Positions 10,897 to 21,752 of a DNA stretch of 64,000 nucleotides are shown here, in pieces (positions within the stretch are counted from its first letter, which is position 1; each line of letters starts with the position of its first letter). Made by a program: the position numbers and the translations under genes. The notes beneath the pieces were generated by a model. It did no database searches, had not been told where the DNA came from, and saw only the letters and a list, made by a program, of their open reading frames with translations. Origin of the DNA: TPA_inf: Saccharomyces. Taxonomy: Eukaryota. Location of the stretch: the NCBI GenBank assembly GCA_000146045.2, contig BK006938.2, positions 480,001 through 544,000 on the forward strand, given 5' to 3'.

Positions 10897-11514
10897 ATAT
10901 AGCATATCATGAATGTCACATATATGTTGTTTCTGTTCTGCCAATCTTTTTTAATATATTTCTCATGATAGCTCCATAATCTTATATACATGGTTGCATA
11001 ATAAAATAAATAAATAATGAGCCTTTACCAATCGATAGTGTTCATCGCACGTAATGTTGTTAATTCAATAACGAGAATATTGCATGACCATCCGACAAAT
11101 AGTTCCCTCATAACCCAGACCTATTTTATTACACCCAATCATTCAGGAAAAAACATTTCTTTTCATCTTTTTCACGATTTCAAATATTGTTCCGCGGATA
11201 CGCGACACTATTCCCAGCTAATAATATTCCCGGTGAAAGAAAATTCCAGGCCAACCCAAGTAAGTCGTCCGCTGGGTGGACGCCCCCACGAGTCAGTGTT
11301 TCTGCCTAAGTTTACGCGGACCCAAAATTCATACTGTCTCACTCGCTTGGACCGGATGGGCTTTCCTCCTCCTAGGAAGGCTTCCACAATTATGCACTTT
11401 TTCCAAGATGATAGGACTGTAATGTGCAGTCCAAAAGATGGTATACCTGTATCATCATTTCATATAATGATTTGCTTTTTGGAACGTCGAAAAGGAAATT
11501 AAGCAACCAGCAAG

Positions 11515-12324
11515 ATGTCCACTGAATTAACCGTTCAATCCGAGAGAGCTTTCCAAAAGGTATGAATTTAGCGATAATGTCTCAAGGGATTTAAAGAAAT
11601 TTTACCTAAAGTAACTTTGCTGATATATATCGTCTGAGGAATTGTTTAGAATAGATGAAAACTTAGCAGGTATCCTATTGAATTCTTAGCATGTTTATTG
11701 TTACGACTAATAGAATTTGCCAGTCAAAATTTACAATATTTGCGTTAATTAACTACAAAACCGGCGGTGCCGAAGGCTTGATAAAGGTAGCACATTTTTA
11801 TACTGATTCATTACGTTTACGATAGTTGATTGGGTAAAATTTCTTTTTATTTCACTTATGCGAATAACTTACTAACCTTTGTATCATCCTTTTTTTAGCA
11901 ACCACACATCTTCAACAACCCAAAGGTTAAGACTTCCAAGAGAACCAAGAGATGGTACAAGAATGCCGGTTTGGGATTCAAGACCCCAAAAACCGCTATT
12001 GAAGGTTCCTACATTGACAAGAAATGTCCATTCACTGGTTTAGTTTCCATCCGTGGTAAGATCTTGACCGGTACCGTCGTCTCCACCAAGATGCACCGTA
12101 CCATTGTCATCAGAAGGGCTTACTTGCATTACATTCCAAAGTACAACAGATACGAAAAGAGACACAAGAACGTTCCAGTTCACGTTTCCCCAGCTTTCCG
12201 TGTCCAAGTTGGTGACATCGTTACCGTCGGCCAATGTAGACCAATCTCCAAGACTGTTAGATTCAACGTTGTCAAGGTCTCTGCTGCTGCTGGTAAGGCT
12301 AACAAACAATTTGCTAAATTTTAA
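11515..12324 (+). CDS. RPS11A: Ribosomal protein S11 (uS17), two exons 11515..11559 and 11899..12324, 156 aa
   Basis: Exon 1 ATGTCCACTGAATTAACCGTTCAATCCGAGAGAGCTTTCCAAAAG then GTATGA; branchpoint TACTAAC at 11870-11876; 3' splice site TTTTTTAG ending 11898; spliced product [60 protein letters not shown]... Confidence 0.92.
11560..11898 (+). other. RPS11A: Spliceosomal intron of RPS11A (339 nt)
   Basis: 5' splice site GTATGA, branchpoint TACTAAC 22 nt upstream of the 3' AG, pyrimidine-rich tract before TAG. Confidence 0.9.
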
Positions 12325-12555
12325 GCTGGTTATGAATCAGCATAAGACTTACGTAACTGTTTATTTTATAATTATTTGTATAATGTACTAAAAATATAAA
12401 TTCAATAATCTCCACTTCTGCAAGAAGCAAATGTACTATGAAGTGAATATTTCACCTTGTAATGATGGGTGGATTTGCATTCTTCTTTACCTTTAAAAAT
12501 CAGTAAATATGCTTTTATCTATTGGGTCTGTATATGTTTGGGAAAGTAACCCTTC

Positions 12556-14268
12556 TTAATTGATTTGTTCCAACAATGAATCAATTATTTCAGCTGTTGA
12601 CCTTCCTTTAAAGTCATGAATCTTTTCTCTCATCTGCTCGTAACATAATCTCAGTTCAAGACCAGTTCGAGGATATCCGGGCTTGTAGGTAGCTATACTG
12701 TTCCAGTCGATATTTGAATAGGACGTTTTAGGTAGCTGTTTCAATCGTTCTAGCAGCCACTTCCTTTCAGAAACAGGAATGCTCAACATACTTCTGGCTG
12801 CTTCATCTGTTACTAATTTATTCCACTTATAGCGGCACTGTATACGGGATCTAGTTCCGCTCATGCGTTCACTGACGACAGTCCAATTGATCATATCTTT
12901 GAAGGTAGGATTATCGCTAATTCTCTTTCCCTTTGGACCCCTAGAATACATTTGATTGTATCTATCATTTTTGTTGGCAGCCTCCAATGCCTTCATCCTT
13001 TGATATTGGTGTGCCTCTTCAATCATTTCATTTACTACAGTAGTCAACAATTCTTCTTCTTCTTTCGACCATCTTTTAGAACCTCGCTTTGAACCACACT
13101 TCATATAGTTTCTCCAACGGTCCCTACAATCTTCAGGCATTCTGCCTAACAATTTGCCTACTTCGGTCCAATGACCCTCTTTTTCTAAACATAATCTTGC
13201 CAATTCTTGATCTTCCTCTGGCGTCCACTTCCCACGCTGTTCGAAAATATGATATTTTCTTCTTATATGTTTATATATTGAGGACCTTGTTCTATAAGGT
13301 AAAACTTTGCTGATATTTGCCCAAAACCCATCTCTAATGACTCCGTCTGTAGACCAAATTCTCTCGCACATTTGGCGTCTATCCAAGCCTCTTATTTTCA
13401 TGTATTCTTCGATGAATTGGTCCAAAGCATTTTCCTCGCTGGGAGTGAACTTCTTACCGATGGATTTTGTGATAGCACCGTCAATTACTGACGCTTTCAC
13501 AATATCGGATCGCAGTAATGCGGTATCTCCATTGTTTTCTTCTGGTGCCAATATCAAGTCGTCTGATTTCACATCCTTTTCTGGTATCTTTGGAGTGCGC
13601 TTTATGTAGCTGCCGTCATTTGGTATCCCCTCTAAATCGGTATAAATTCTAACCAGCGTGCTGCTATTGTTATTAAAGTTGTTTTCTTTATCATCCTCAT
13701 TAACTTCTAACGATTTACTTGGATGTTTAGCTAGGTATGCCTTTTCAGTATCAACATACTTATCAAAAGCTGTTTCAGCAATGAGATCATCAGGTAAAAA
13801 TGCTGTTGTCGTTATGCCATCGTCCAGTGTAGTCAGCTGCGGATCTAGGACCATTTTTATTTTGGCTTTTCTTTCTTTAGAGCTTTTTCTTTTACGGTGC
13901 TTCTTCCTCTCTGATCTACTATTAGAAGATTTTTTATGACAGCTCCTCTTATCTTTTTCTCTCATTGAGCTGTTGTATGCGGCAGCAACAGCTGCTACAG
14001 CAACAGAATTTGGTTCGATATCATCCACTTTACGTAAATCTTTTGAACCCGATGTTTTCAAATACCAATCCATATCAGTGTCTTCATCTTCATGAGACAT
14101 TTTTGAACCATGCTTTCTCTTCTTCTGTTTCTTCAATTTCTTCTTTGTCTTTTTAATATGATTCTTCAAGTCGACTCCCACATACCTTAGCACTGCTTCT
14201 TCTACAGATTCTTTTGGGTCATTATTGTTCTGAAAATTTGTGCTCTTAAGGTTTGACACGCTGTCCAT
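12556..14268 (-). CDS. NSI1: Myb-like DNA-binding protein, RNA polymerase I termination factor (Reb1 paralog), 570 aa
   Basis: ATG confirmed (CAT 14266-14268); MDSVSNLKSTNFQNNNDPKES...; Lys/Arg-rich N-terminus and tandem Myb/SANT-like repeats (WTPEEDQELARL..., W..RW). Confidence 0.85.
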   Translation of the reverse strand: MDSVSNLKSTNFQNNNDPKESVEEAVLRYVGVDLKNHIKKTKKKLKKQKKRKHGSKMSHEDEDTDMDWYLKTSGSKDLRKVDDIEPNSVAVAAVAAAYNSSMREKDKRSCHKKSSNSRSERKKHRKRKSSKERKAKIKMVLDPQLTTLDDGITTTAFLPDDLIAETAFDKYVDTEKAYLAKHPSKSLEVNEDDKENNFNNNSSTLVRIYTDLEGIPNDGSYIKRTPKIPEKDVKSDDLILAPEENNGDTALLRSDIVKASVIDGAITKSIGKKFTPSEENALDQFIEEYMKIRGLDRRQMCERIWSTDGVIRDGFWANISKVLPYRTRSSIYKHIRRKYHIFEQRGKWTPEEDQELARLCLEKEGHWTEVGKLLGRMPEDCRDRWRNYMKCGSKRGSKRWSKEEEELLTTVVNEMIEEAHQYQRMKALEAANKNDRYNQMYSRGPKGKRISDNPTFKDMINWTVVSERMSGTRSRIQCRYKWNKLVTDEAARSMLSIPVSERKWLLERLKQLPKTSYSNIDWNSIATYKPGYPRTGLELRLCYEQMREKIHDFKGRSTAEIIDSLLEQIN

Positions 14269-14648
14269 TCTACCTTTATCTTTCTTCTTGACGCAGACAA
14301 GAAACGGCTGCTTGCTCTATGCACAAAATTTGTTCAGCGCCAACTGTGTCGTGAACGATGCTATGTTGGAAATTACAGGAGATGAGTTGTAAAGCAACTG
14401 ACGAGATACTTGAAGTACATTTTCATAGCTGCTGGAAAAAGTCCTTTCCTATCGCATTTGGAAAGCTCTGACCTCGCTCGATCTTCATTGTTTGATCATT
14501 TCTTCACCGCTCATGTTTGGAAAAATAATACGTAGATAATGTTCTAAAAAAAAAGCGGAATTTCTTAGAGAATATAACATCGATGATTCATTAGTTTAAA
14601 AAGTAAATAATGGTACATAGCTTGAAATCTAATTTTTCTTTATCATGT

Positions 14649-17318
14649 TTATACAGGCGGAGGTGGGGCATTGGCCATGTATATTTTATTCGATGAGGCC
14701 TGGAATTGCCCCAACAGGGTTGTATAATGACTCGCATCGAATGGCTCAAAATCCCTGTTAGAGTTGGAAAGCCTTTGATAAAATCTCTGAACAATAATCA
14801 CAAATTCTGCGAGACAGTCCAATGACTCTCCCATGATAGATAAGTTTCTACCCGTTTTTAAAAGTGAGTTTCCAGGTTGTGTGACAGATGCCATGGCGCT
14901 ACTGTTGTAGTATTGTAGTGCGTCATAGCACAACTTCTCGAAATTTGATAAGTATATCGAGGGAAGGTTTATGGAAAGAACCATTAGCTCCTTAATAACC
15001 TCAATGGTAGCGAGCAGAGAACTACTGGCCACAAAAGTTTTATCGCCAACAACAACCGATTTCCTATGACCTTGATATGTTTCATTTCCTTCATCTTTTT
15101 CCTTGTCCTCGCTTCTGCCATTTTCGCAATCATGAGAACCCCCTACCATGTCTAAAATAGTTGTCCAACTCAATGGGTCTATGTCTATACTTGACACAAT
15201 GTCGTTAACATCGCTCTGAATAGAGGAGTCCACAATATATGGAATCCATTCTTCAGCATCAATCTTTTTCTTTATGTTGCGGTAATTTTTTGAACTTTGT
15301 GCGTTTGCATAATGCTTGATCTGAGATGCTAAAACATTACTTAAATATTTCGTTAAAAATTCACCACTTAATACTTCACATTCTTGAATAAAAATAACGC
15401 ATATAGCATAAAATTTCAAGAAATAATCATACCGTAGAGATAAGTTCAATTCTCTTCTTACGGCAATGATCTTGCCTGTACGTAACTGAATAATTCTGAT
15501 TATTTCGTTGATGCCAGTACGTATATCCAATTGCGTAATCATGTTGTGCTGGTTTTCGTTTGGACTTTTAACAGATGCTAGCTCGTTAAGAGAGATATCT
15601 AGAAGCAACTTTTGATGCCCATAAAGTCTTCGAAGAGCTTCGAGCGCGTGCGTGAATATGTTTACTAGCATGGACTGAAATTCTGCAGGAGTTTGCTCCT
15701 TTATTAATCTTGAAAGTTTAGACCCACTAGTAGAGCCATTGTTAAGATGTTTTTCATCGTGGTTATTGTCAGCGTGTGCATTCTCTGTTGGCAAATAAAT
15801 TTTTATGATAGATTTAAGCTCAGTGATAGATTTTTCCCTGTATAGGTCAAAGGCACTCGTTAATTCTTCGCATCTATTCAATCTGACTATTAATTCGGTT
15901 ATCTTTGAAGAAAAATTATCAGTAAATATAGTTTGCTTTTTATCATTAGATCCCGTTTGTATCCTATGTAGTGTTTCCTTTGGTTTGATTGATTTGCAAA
16001 AGGATCTTAAATCATCTATTAGTAAAATCGATAATTGTAGGCTGAACTTTCCTCCTATTTCAATCTTCATATTGGTTAAAAACTCTCTCGTTGCTGACAA
16101 AGCAGGTATCGTCCTCAAATTGCTTAATTTATAGGGCCAACACCTAGTCCAACTCTGAACATCTTCGTTTATTGAATCATCCCCCTTAATCAGATAATCG
16201 ATGGATTTTATCAGCTCTAAGCAGTTATCCAACTTGTTCTCCTCATACATTGACTTACACTCATCTGTTTTGTTCAGCACTAACTTCGCCTGTAATAATC
16301 CCTGTTCTAGTTTCTCTACATTCTTCCTCTTAAAAATCATTTCTAAATGTGAAATTTTTTTTCTTATATTCTCTGCGTCAATGGTCTTGATATTCTGTGC
16401 TAGCTCCTTAAGCTCGCTCATTGTGTCCAAGGCTCTTTTCTGAATATTGTCAACTTCACTTAGCGCATGAAAAAATTTGTGTGAGGATTTGGATATCTCT
16501 GTAACCAGTAATGTTTCTACGATATCCAAAAAATCGTTTAGCCTGTCCCTCAACTCAGAAAAAGCCTCATCCCTTTCCGCTTGTCTCTTCATGTCTAGTT
16601 TCGTTAAAAATAAATCGATAGCGTCCAACACTTTATGAAAAGTTCGAGGGTTATCTAATTGAAATTTGTCTGAAAAGTAAAAGTCAGGTATACTATTTAT
16701 TAGCTCGGCATCCCCTTGCCTCAGATTTGCTTCAAACGACTCCTCATGCATATTTTCCCCTTCTCGCAGTTCTTTTAACTGTTCCATCTGATTCATGTTT
16801 CTTATATTATTTGTGCTTTGAAATATTTGGTAATCACTTTTAATGTTTTTGACGTATTCGATAACATGAGTTTTCCAATGGTCATCCAGATCATTTTTGC
16901 TTAGGCTAACTTGTGGAATATCAGCAACAGTGGGGTAATTGAGCCAGTTTTTCCTCCTTGTGTTCATCACAATTTCATAGATGGAGTTATTTCCCAATGG
17001 CGAAAAGTCCATGGACCCACTATGTGTTTCATTTTCAAAACCGAATGATCTACTATTTGCAACAGATAGTGTCCTAGAATCAAAACTTCTTCGCGGCGTT
17101 ATTGAATCCAGACTTAATCTCGAAGATCTTCTCGCTCTTGGTGTGACACTGCCAGATATACTTAACAAGTCGTCATTAAGGGAAGTATCACCCTCTATAG
17201 TAAAAGAGCCACTATCACTATTACGAGAAGGCGATCCCTCAGGAACAACAATTTTAGGACGACCAGCCGCTTTTTGCAGTCCCTGGCTTTTATTATGAGG
17301 TGTTTCGCTTATTGACAT
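14649..17318 (-). CDS. VPS54: GARP complex subunit Vps54, 889 aa
   Basis: ATG confirmed (CAT 17316-17318); MSISETPHNKSQGLQKAAGRPKIVVPEG...; recalled as YDR027C. Confidence 0.88.
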   Translation of the reverse strand: MSISETPHNKSQGLQKAAGRPKIVVPEGSPSRNSDSGSFTIEGDTSLNDDLLSISGSVTPRARRSSRLSLDSITPRRSFDSRTLSVANSRSFGFENETHSGSMDFSPLGNNSIYEIVMNTRRKNWLNYPTVADIPQVSLSKNDLDDHWKTHVIEYVKNIKSDYQIFQSTNNIRNMNQMEQLKELREGENMHEESFEANLRQGDAELINSIPDFYFSDKFQLDNPRTFHKVLDAIDLFLTKLDMKRQAERDEAFSELRDRLNDFLDIVETLLVTEISKSSHKFFHALSEVDNIQKRALDTMSELKELAQNIKTIDAENIRKKISHLEMIFKRKNVEKLEQGLLQAKLVLNKTDECKSMYEENKLDNCLELIKSIDYLIKGDDSINEDVQSWTRCWPYKLSNLRTIPALSATREFLTNMKIEIGGKFSLQLSILLIDDLRSFCKSIKPKETLHRIQTGSNDKKQTIFTDNFSSKITELIVRLNRCEELTSAFDLYREKSITELKSIIKIYLPTENAHADNNHDEKHLNNGSTSGSKLSRLIKEQTPAEFQSMLVNIFTHALEALRRLYGHQKLLLDISLNELASVKSPNENQHNMITQLDIRTGINEIIRIIQLRTGKIIAVRRELNLSLRYDYFLKFYAICVIFIQECEVLSGEFLTKYLSNVLASQIKHYANAQSSKNYRNIKKKIDAEEWIPYIVDSSIQSDVNDIVSSIDIDPLSWTTILDMVGGSHDCENGRSEDKEKDEGNETYQGHRKSVVVGDKTFVASSSLLATIEVIKELMVLSINLPSIYLSNFEKLCYDALQYYNSSAMASVTQPGNSLLKTGRNLSIMGESLDCLAEFVIIVQRFYQRLSNSNRDFEPFDASHYTTLLGQFQASSNKIYMANAPPPPV

Positions 17319-17834
17319 TGGCCAGATACCTCACCAAACCTTTAAATTGTTTTAATACTGCTTTAGGATATCAATACTGCCAATTACTGTAAGCTCTGCC
17401 TAAAACAAAGTTGTGCCTAAAACAAGCCGTGTCGTAGTTTGTTTTGTTTACTTTCTAGACTGTTGTGTGGTGTCTTCTTTATAAAGGAAAAACCCTTTAA
17501 AGATCGAAGAAAACATTGATTGTACTCTATCTGAAAATCATTACCCACGAACATATCTTAGATCAGCTGCGTTTAATTGCTAATATATAGAACACACATA
17601 CGACTATGGAAGCTCAAGAAGTTCTTGTACATAAGTACCAAATATTGTAAAGGTATAAAGAAGTTTTGAAATCTGGAGCGAATTTAATTGTGTACGTAAA
17701 ATAACTGCTTCGCTGTCTACATTTGTCCTTGACAATGCCAGTCGATTACAGCTTACTTGGATCCTAAAGACGGCACTGATCCACACTACCTGGATTTTTA
17801 TTTTCTCTTCATGTTGACTTCAAAATTCTTTCTT

Positions 17835-20800
17835 CTAACTGCTGTCATTTCCATTTTCTTGTGGCTTGACGTCACTCTTTTTCCAAGAGTGCAAGTACTT
17901 GCTTGCCATACCTCTTGCATTCTGCACCACTTTGTGTAAGCTTTCATTACTCGAATCCGTCAAAGACGCTTCTTTTCTAGTGGTTTGCACGCTATCAACT
18001 TTCTTGTCCTTTAGCTTACTAGCATTATTTATATGGCAGTTTTCAAATCCTTTTGCCAAAGTGTCCATTTCTGAGTGATCTTGATGGTCCATCATATTTC
18101 CCCCGGAAACAACAGACTTGATAGATTCATTTCTAGGAGAGAAATAACCCTCTATGGCAACATCACTCGCCCCCACTTCGGCTGGTGAAGGAGTATTATT
18201 TACAATTCTAAAGCTTTGTGAACTATCGGACGCTTTTGGCTGCTTTGGAAGGGCTTTTTTCTTCTGAGATGATATGTTTGCTGGTGTCACACTGCCTTTC
18301 AATACGCTTCGATTAACCAGCTGACTGTTAGCGGGTAATGGTCTTTGTTCCTCCTCGCTGCTACTCTCTTCTTCACTATCTGAATTGAATATGAAGTTCC
18401 CTGAAGAGGAATTGCGCTTCAACGGATACGGCCTGACAGCCAGTTGTGCATCTTTGTCTACATCAGTTTTACCCCCTGTAAAATTAGTAGGATTTTTTTG
18501 TTGAGGAGTTGCCGAAGAGAGTGATGGTTGTGCTAGATCGTACAAAGAATTGGTAGATCCTGATTTCCCAAGTGACAATGTTCTCCTCAGTGAAAGTCCT
18601 TCATCGTGGTTATCGTCTACTTCTTGGTCATCGTCATCTTCTTCCTCTTCGTCGTCGCTACTATTGTATTGTGAGTCTTCAATAAATTGCTGTTCGCTAT
18701 CTGATGAAGAGCTGTAATTGTCGTCGTCATATAATAACATATGCGATCCATGTTGACGTGTTGTATTATTTGCTGAAGCTTTGTGTAGTTGTGGAACATG
18801 TTTTTCCTTGGATTCTACCGCATTGTTAAATTCATAGTTTGATGCATTATCATCTGCAATGGCTGTTTGTAAGTCCATTCCTTCAGGAACATCTACAATG
18901 TCACATGAATCTACTGGTAAAAAACTGGAAGTATCACCAGTGTAGACCGAGTTATAATCGTATATGTAATCATAGCCTCTGGAGGTATTGACGTTATGTG
19001 ACACAGCATTACCATACCCATTAAATTCGCCATTATCAGATTCTTCGTCTGATCCATAATTCAAAGTGGTATCAGGAAGCAACTTTATTATGGGACGTAC
19101 ATGAGCTCTGGAAGTAGTAGATGAAGCCACAGAGGAATTATCTGTTATTGGTGAATGAACTCCAGAGTCAGACCTCCTGGAAAATCTTGCATTTATGTAA
19201 AGGCCGCCGTGTTCTTCATCATCAGAATGTGATGAAGATGATGATTGTGAGGATGTATCATCGTCGCTAGTATTTTTGTTCAAATGTTCAGTTGCGGAGT
19301 TGATAGGAATAGATTTATGCTGAATGGCTAGCAATGGAGTCCTATTGTTGTTTATTGTTGTAACGTTCGCATTGTTATTAACATCAACATATTGTTTATT
19401 TTCATCATCGCTTTCATCATCCTCCGATTGTGAAGCTGGATATCGTAGTGCCATACATTGTTCCACCCTGTCATTAAAATGTATATGTCTATTTTTAGTA
19501 GGTTTGTTAGATTTTTCACTTGGGTTTGAGGTTAATATTGATGATAATCCCATGGAATTGTTTTCATTATCTCTATTGGAGGAAGATGTTGAGGAGGGGA
19601 ACCTATTATTATCAGGAGAATTTAGGTTTTGATCCAAGTTAGCCTTACGATCATTGGTACTATTTTCTAGTATGCTTTTGTTTGATTGTGCCGTTGACCT
19701 ATTGTTTTGAACATGAAGCGCTGACTTTAAATGCAGGTCTTCTTCTCCCTTGTCACCGCCACCATTTGAATTTTCTCCTACAGGATTCGGTATGGTAGAA
19801 TTATCTTTTTTGTCAGAGTGTTGACTCTTCAAACTAACGCTACTGTTCGATTCTTTGGGATAATGGTAGTACTGGGCGTTAACTTGAGCGGCCAGAGCAT
19901 CGAAATCGTCATGGACGTTTTTGTTGCCATTGGGATCCATTATTACCGAAGCATGTTTCATTTCTGTCATGTGTTTTCTTGCCTCATTCAGTTTCCATAA
20001 AGCGTTGTCCTCTATAATTTCTGTGACGGTTCTCTTCTTCAAAATTGGTTTCGGAGCAGCTGCGATCGACTTTGAATTTTTAGTGGGCATTGAAATTCTC
20101 TTGGAATTTTCATCATCCGAACCATATCCTCTTTCTAGATCATGTTCTTCTTCACTTTGGGCATTACCTTCAGAATCTCTTACAATAGGGCCATATAGCC
20201 AAGTCACATCAGAATCTTTTGACCAATTAACCACTTCAGGTGACACTGTTTTCAAGTTGTTTCTTGCTTTTGCCCATGTTCTCCATGAGGCATTTTCTAA
20301 CCTAGCAGCATTTACTAGATCAACATCTCTTTTCTTTTTCTTTAGGATGATATATTTCCAAGAATTAGAAATTTCTGATTCTTTCCATTCATGTGACAGA
20401 TAGTCAACATGTCTTTCTGGCTCTACCACTACGTCATTATCATCTTGTGGAATTAAGTAGCTATCATTATCCGCCGGCGGTGGAGAAACGGAGGTTGAGT
20501 GTTCCTGATAGCCGTCATCATAATCATCATCTGAAGAATTGCTTGAAGAATTATTAGATGAGTTGTCATAATATTCATTGTCGTTATCATATAAGTCGTC
20601 TGACCTTCCTAGCAATTTCTTGGTAGGGTCAATATATTCATCAAGAAGGCCCATTGATCTTGTTCTTTTAAGGTTGAAAGTTGATTTATGGAAATCATCA
20701 TCATTTTTCGCTTGAACAGCCATCGATACTGAAGGCCCCATATCTTCGTCGTTGTCGTTATCGTTACCACTAATTTTGACATCACTTTTGCTATTACTTT

Positions 20801-20879
20801 CATGGCTCGCATTTCTATTTACATGCTCGTTTTCAATATCTTTCTTACCGGCGAAGTAATTTGCTAGATTTGTTGACAT
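17835..20879 (-). CDS. REG1: Glc7 (PP1) regulatory subunit for glucose repression, 1014 aa, Ser/Asn/Asp-rich low complexity
   Basis: ATG confirmed (CAT 20877-20879); MSTNLANYFAGKKDIENEHVNRNASHESN...; RHIHF PP1-docking motif present. Confidence 0.9.
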   Translation of the reverse strand: MSTNLANYFAGKKDIENEHVNRNASHESNSKSDVKISGNDNDNDEDMGPSVSMAVQAKNDDDFHKSTFNLKRTRSMGLLDEYIDPTKKLLGRSDDLYDNDNEYYDNSSNNSSSNSSDDDYDDGYQEHSTSVSPPPADNDSYLIPQDDNDVVVEPERHVDYLSHEWKESEISNSWKYIILKKKKRDVDLVNAARLENASWRTWAKARNNLKTVSPEVVNWSKDSDVTWLYGPIVRDSEGNAQSEEEHDLERGYGSDDENSKRISMPTKNSKSIAAAPKPILKKRTVTEIIEDNALWKLNEARKHMTEMKHASVIMDPNGNKNVHDDFDALAAQVNAQYYHYPKESNSSVSLKSQHSDKKDNSTIPNPVGENSNGGGDKGEEDLHLKSALHVQNNRSTAQSNKSILENSTNDRKANLDQNLNSPDNNRFPSSTSSSNRDNENNSMGLSSILTSNPSEKSNKPTKNRHIHFNDRVEQCMALRYPASQSEDDESDDENKQYVDVNNNANVTTINNNRTPLLAIQHKSIPINSATEHLNKNTSDDDTSSQSSSSSHSDDEEHGGLYINARFSRRSDSGVHSPITDNSSVASSTTSRAHVRPIIKLLPDTTLNYGSDEESDNGEFNGYGNAVSHNVNTSRGYDYIYDYNSVYTGDTSSFLPVDSCDIVDVPEGMDLQTAIADDNASNYEFNNAVESKEKHVPQLHKASANNTTRQHGSHMLLYDDDNYSSSSDSEQQFIEDSQYNSSDDEEEEDDDDQEVDDNHDEGLSLRRTLSLGKSGSTNSLYDLAQPSLSSATPQQKNPTNFTGGKTDVDKDAQLAVRPYPLKRNSSSGNFIFNSDSEEESSSEEEQRPLPANSQLVNRSVLKGSVTPANISSQKKKALPKQPKASDSSQSFRIVNNTPSPAEVGASDVAIEGYFSPRNESIKSVVSGGNMMDHQDHSEMDTLAKGFENCHINNASKLKDKKVDSVQTTRKEASLTDSSNESLHKVVQNARGMASKYLHSWKKSDVKPQENGNDSS

Positions 20880-21752
20880 TTTTGGATTTTTCTTATCTCG
20901 TCTTCGTCAATATGCTTGCTTTAGGATTTATAATCTTCAAGGATATTATCTTTTCCCCCTTGCTTTGACTTTTCAACGTTCGTACAGAACACCAGGTGTG
21001 TGGTTATACGTATAACAGCCAAAAGCTAGCCCTCGTAAAACTAGTATACCAATTAGTTCTCTTTCAGGAGGTGGTGTTAAAAAAATAAGAGAGATAAAGA
21101 TGAGCAAATATTATATCTTGATAGAGCTGATGAACGATAAAAAGAATACTAACTCTAGTTGTGATATTTTCTCTTTCTATTTAAATTTCAGCGATAACCC
21201 TTTCTCAAGCTTTCGTTTGAAATCGCGTCTCCTATATGGTATATTCTCCTGTTTTCTCCTTTTTTATTCCTTAAAAGACCTGATAGGGGTATTCAAACAA
21301 AAGTATTTATATTTGTCTATTCTTCTTTTATGGCTTCTTGTTCTCCTGTTCTGTCTTGCAAAAGGCTTGTCACACAATCTCAGGGCTGATTCCTTCCTTC
21401 AATATCCACTGTGAGTTTAAATGCAAACAAAAATAGAGTGAATAAAAAAAGCTTTCGGCCCGGAATTGGTTAACCCGACTTACCAATATTATGTCAGAAA
21501 AGAGGCTACAGCTGAAACTAAGGTGAGGTGGTAAGAAATGCTCTCTATTGAAAAGTATGCATGAAGTGGAGGATAAGAGGTGAAGCGGCTTGGTAAAATA
21601 TACCTGCCAAGTCTGAGATGAAAGCATTTGTATATAGCTATTAGTTGTATATTCGTGTGTAGCGATATACGTTTCCGGGTAATACAAACCTACATTGGTT
21701 CAATTATAAGAGCCGCGAAGACTATTATCATATTCTATACGGCATTTATTAC

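Noticed and set aside
11270-11370. Possible Rap1 site (GCCCATCCGGT-like) upstream of RPS11A
   Set aside because: Match to ACACCCRYACAYM is too weak to call by eye; needs a PWM scan
11017-11502. 161-codon ORF (recalled as dubious FYV1/YDR024W)
   Set aside because: Occupies the promoter and 5' UTR of RPS11A, ending 12 bp before its ATG; atypical composition; treated as non-coding
19921-20403. 160-codon plus-strand ORF and neighbours inside REG1
   Set aside because: Antisense to REG1; low-complexity artefact
21100-21414. 104-codon plus-strand ORF (recalled as dubious YDR029W)
   Set aside because: Highly hydrophobic and Leu/Phe-rich, in an AT-rich intergenic stretch between REG1 and RAD28; no recognisable family
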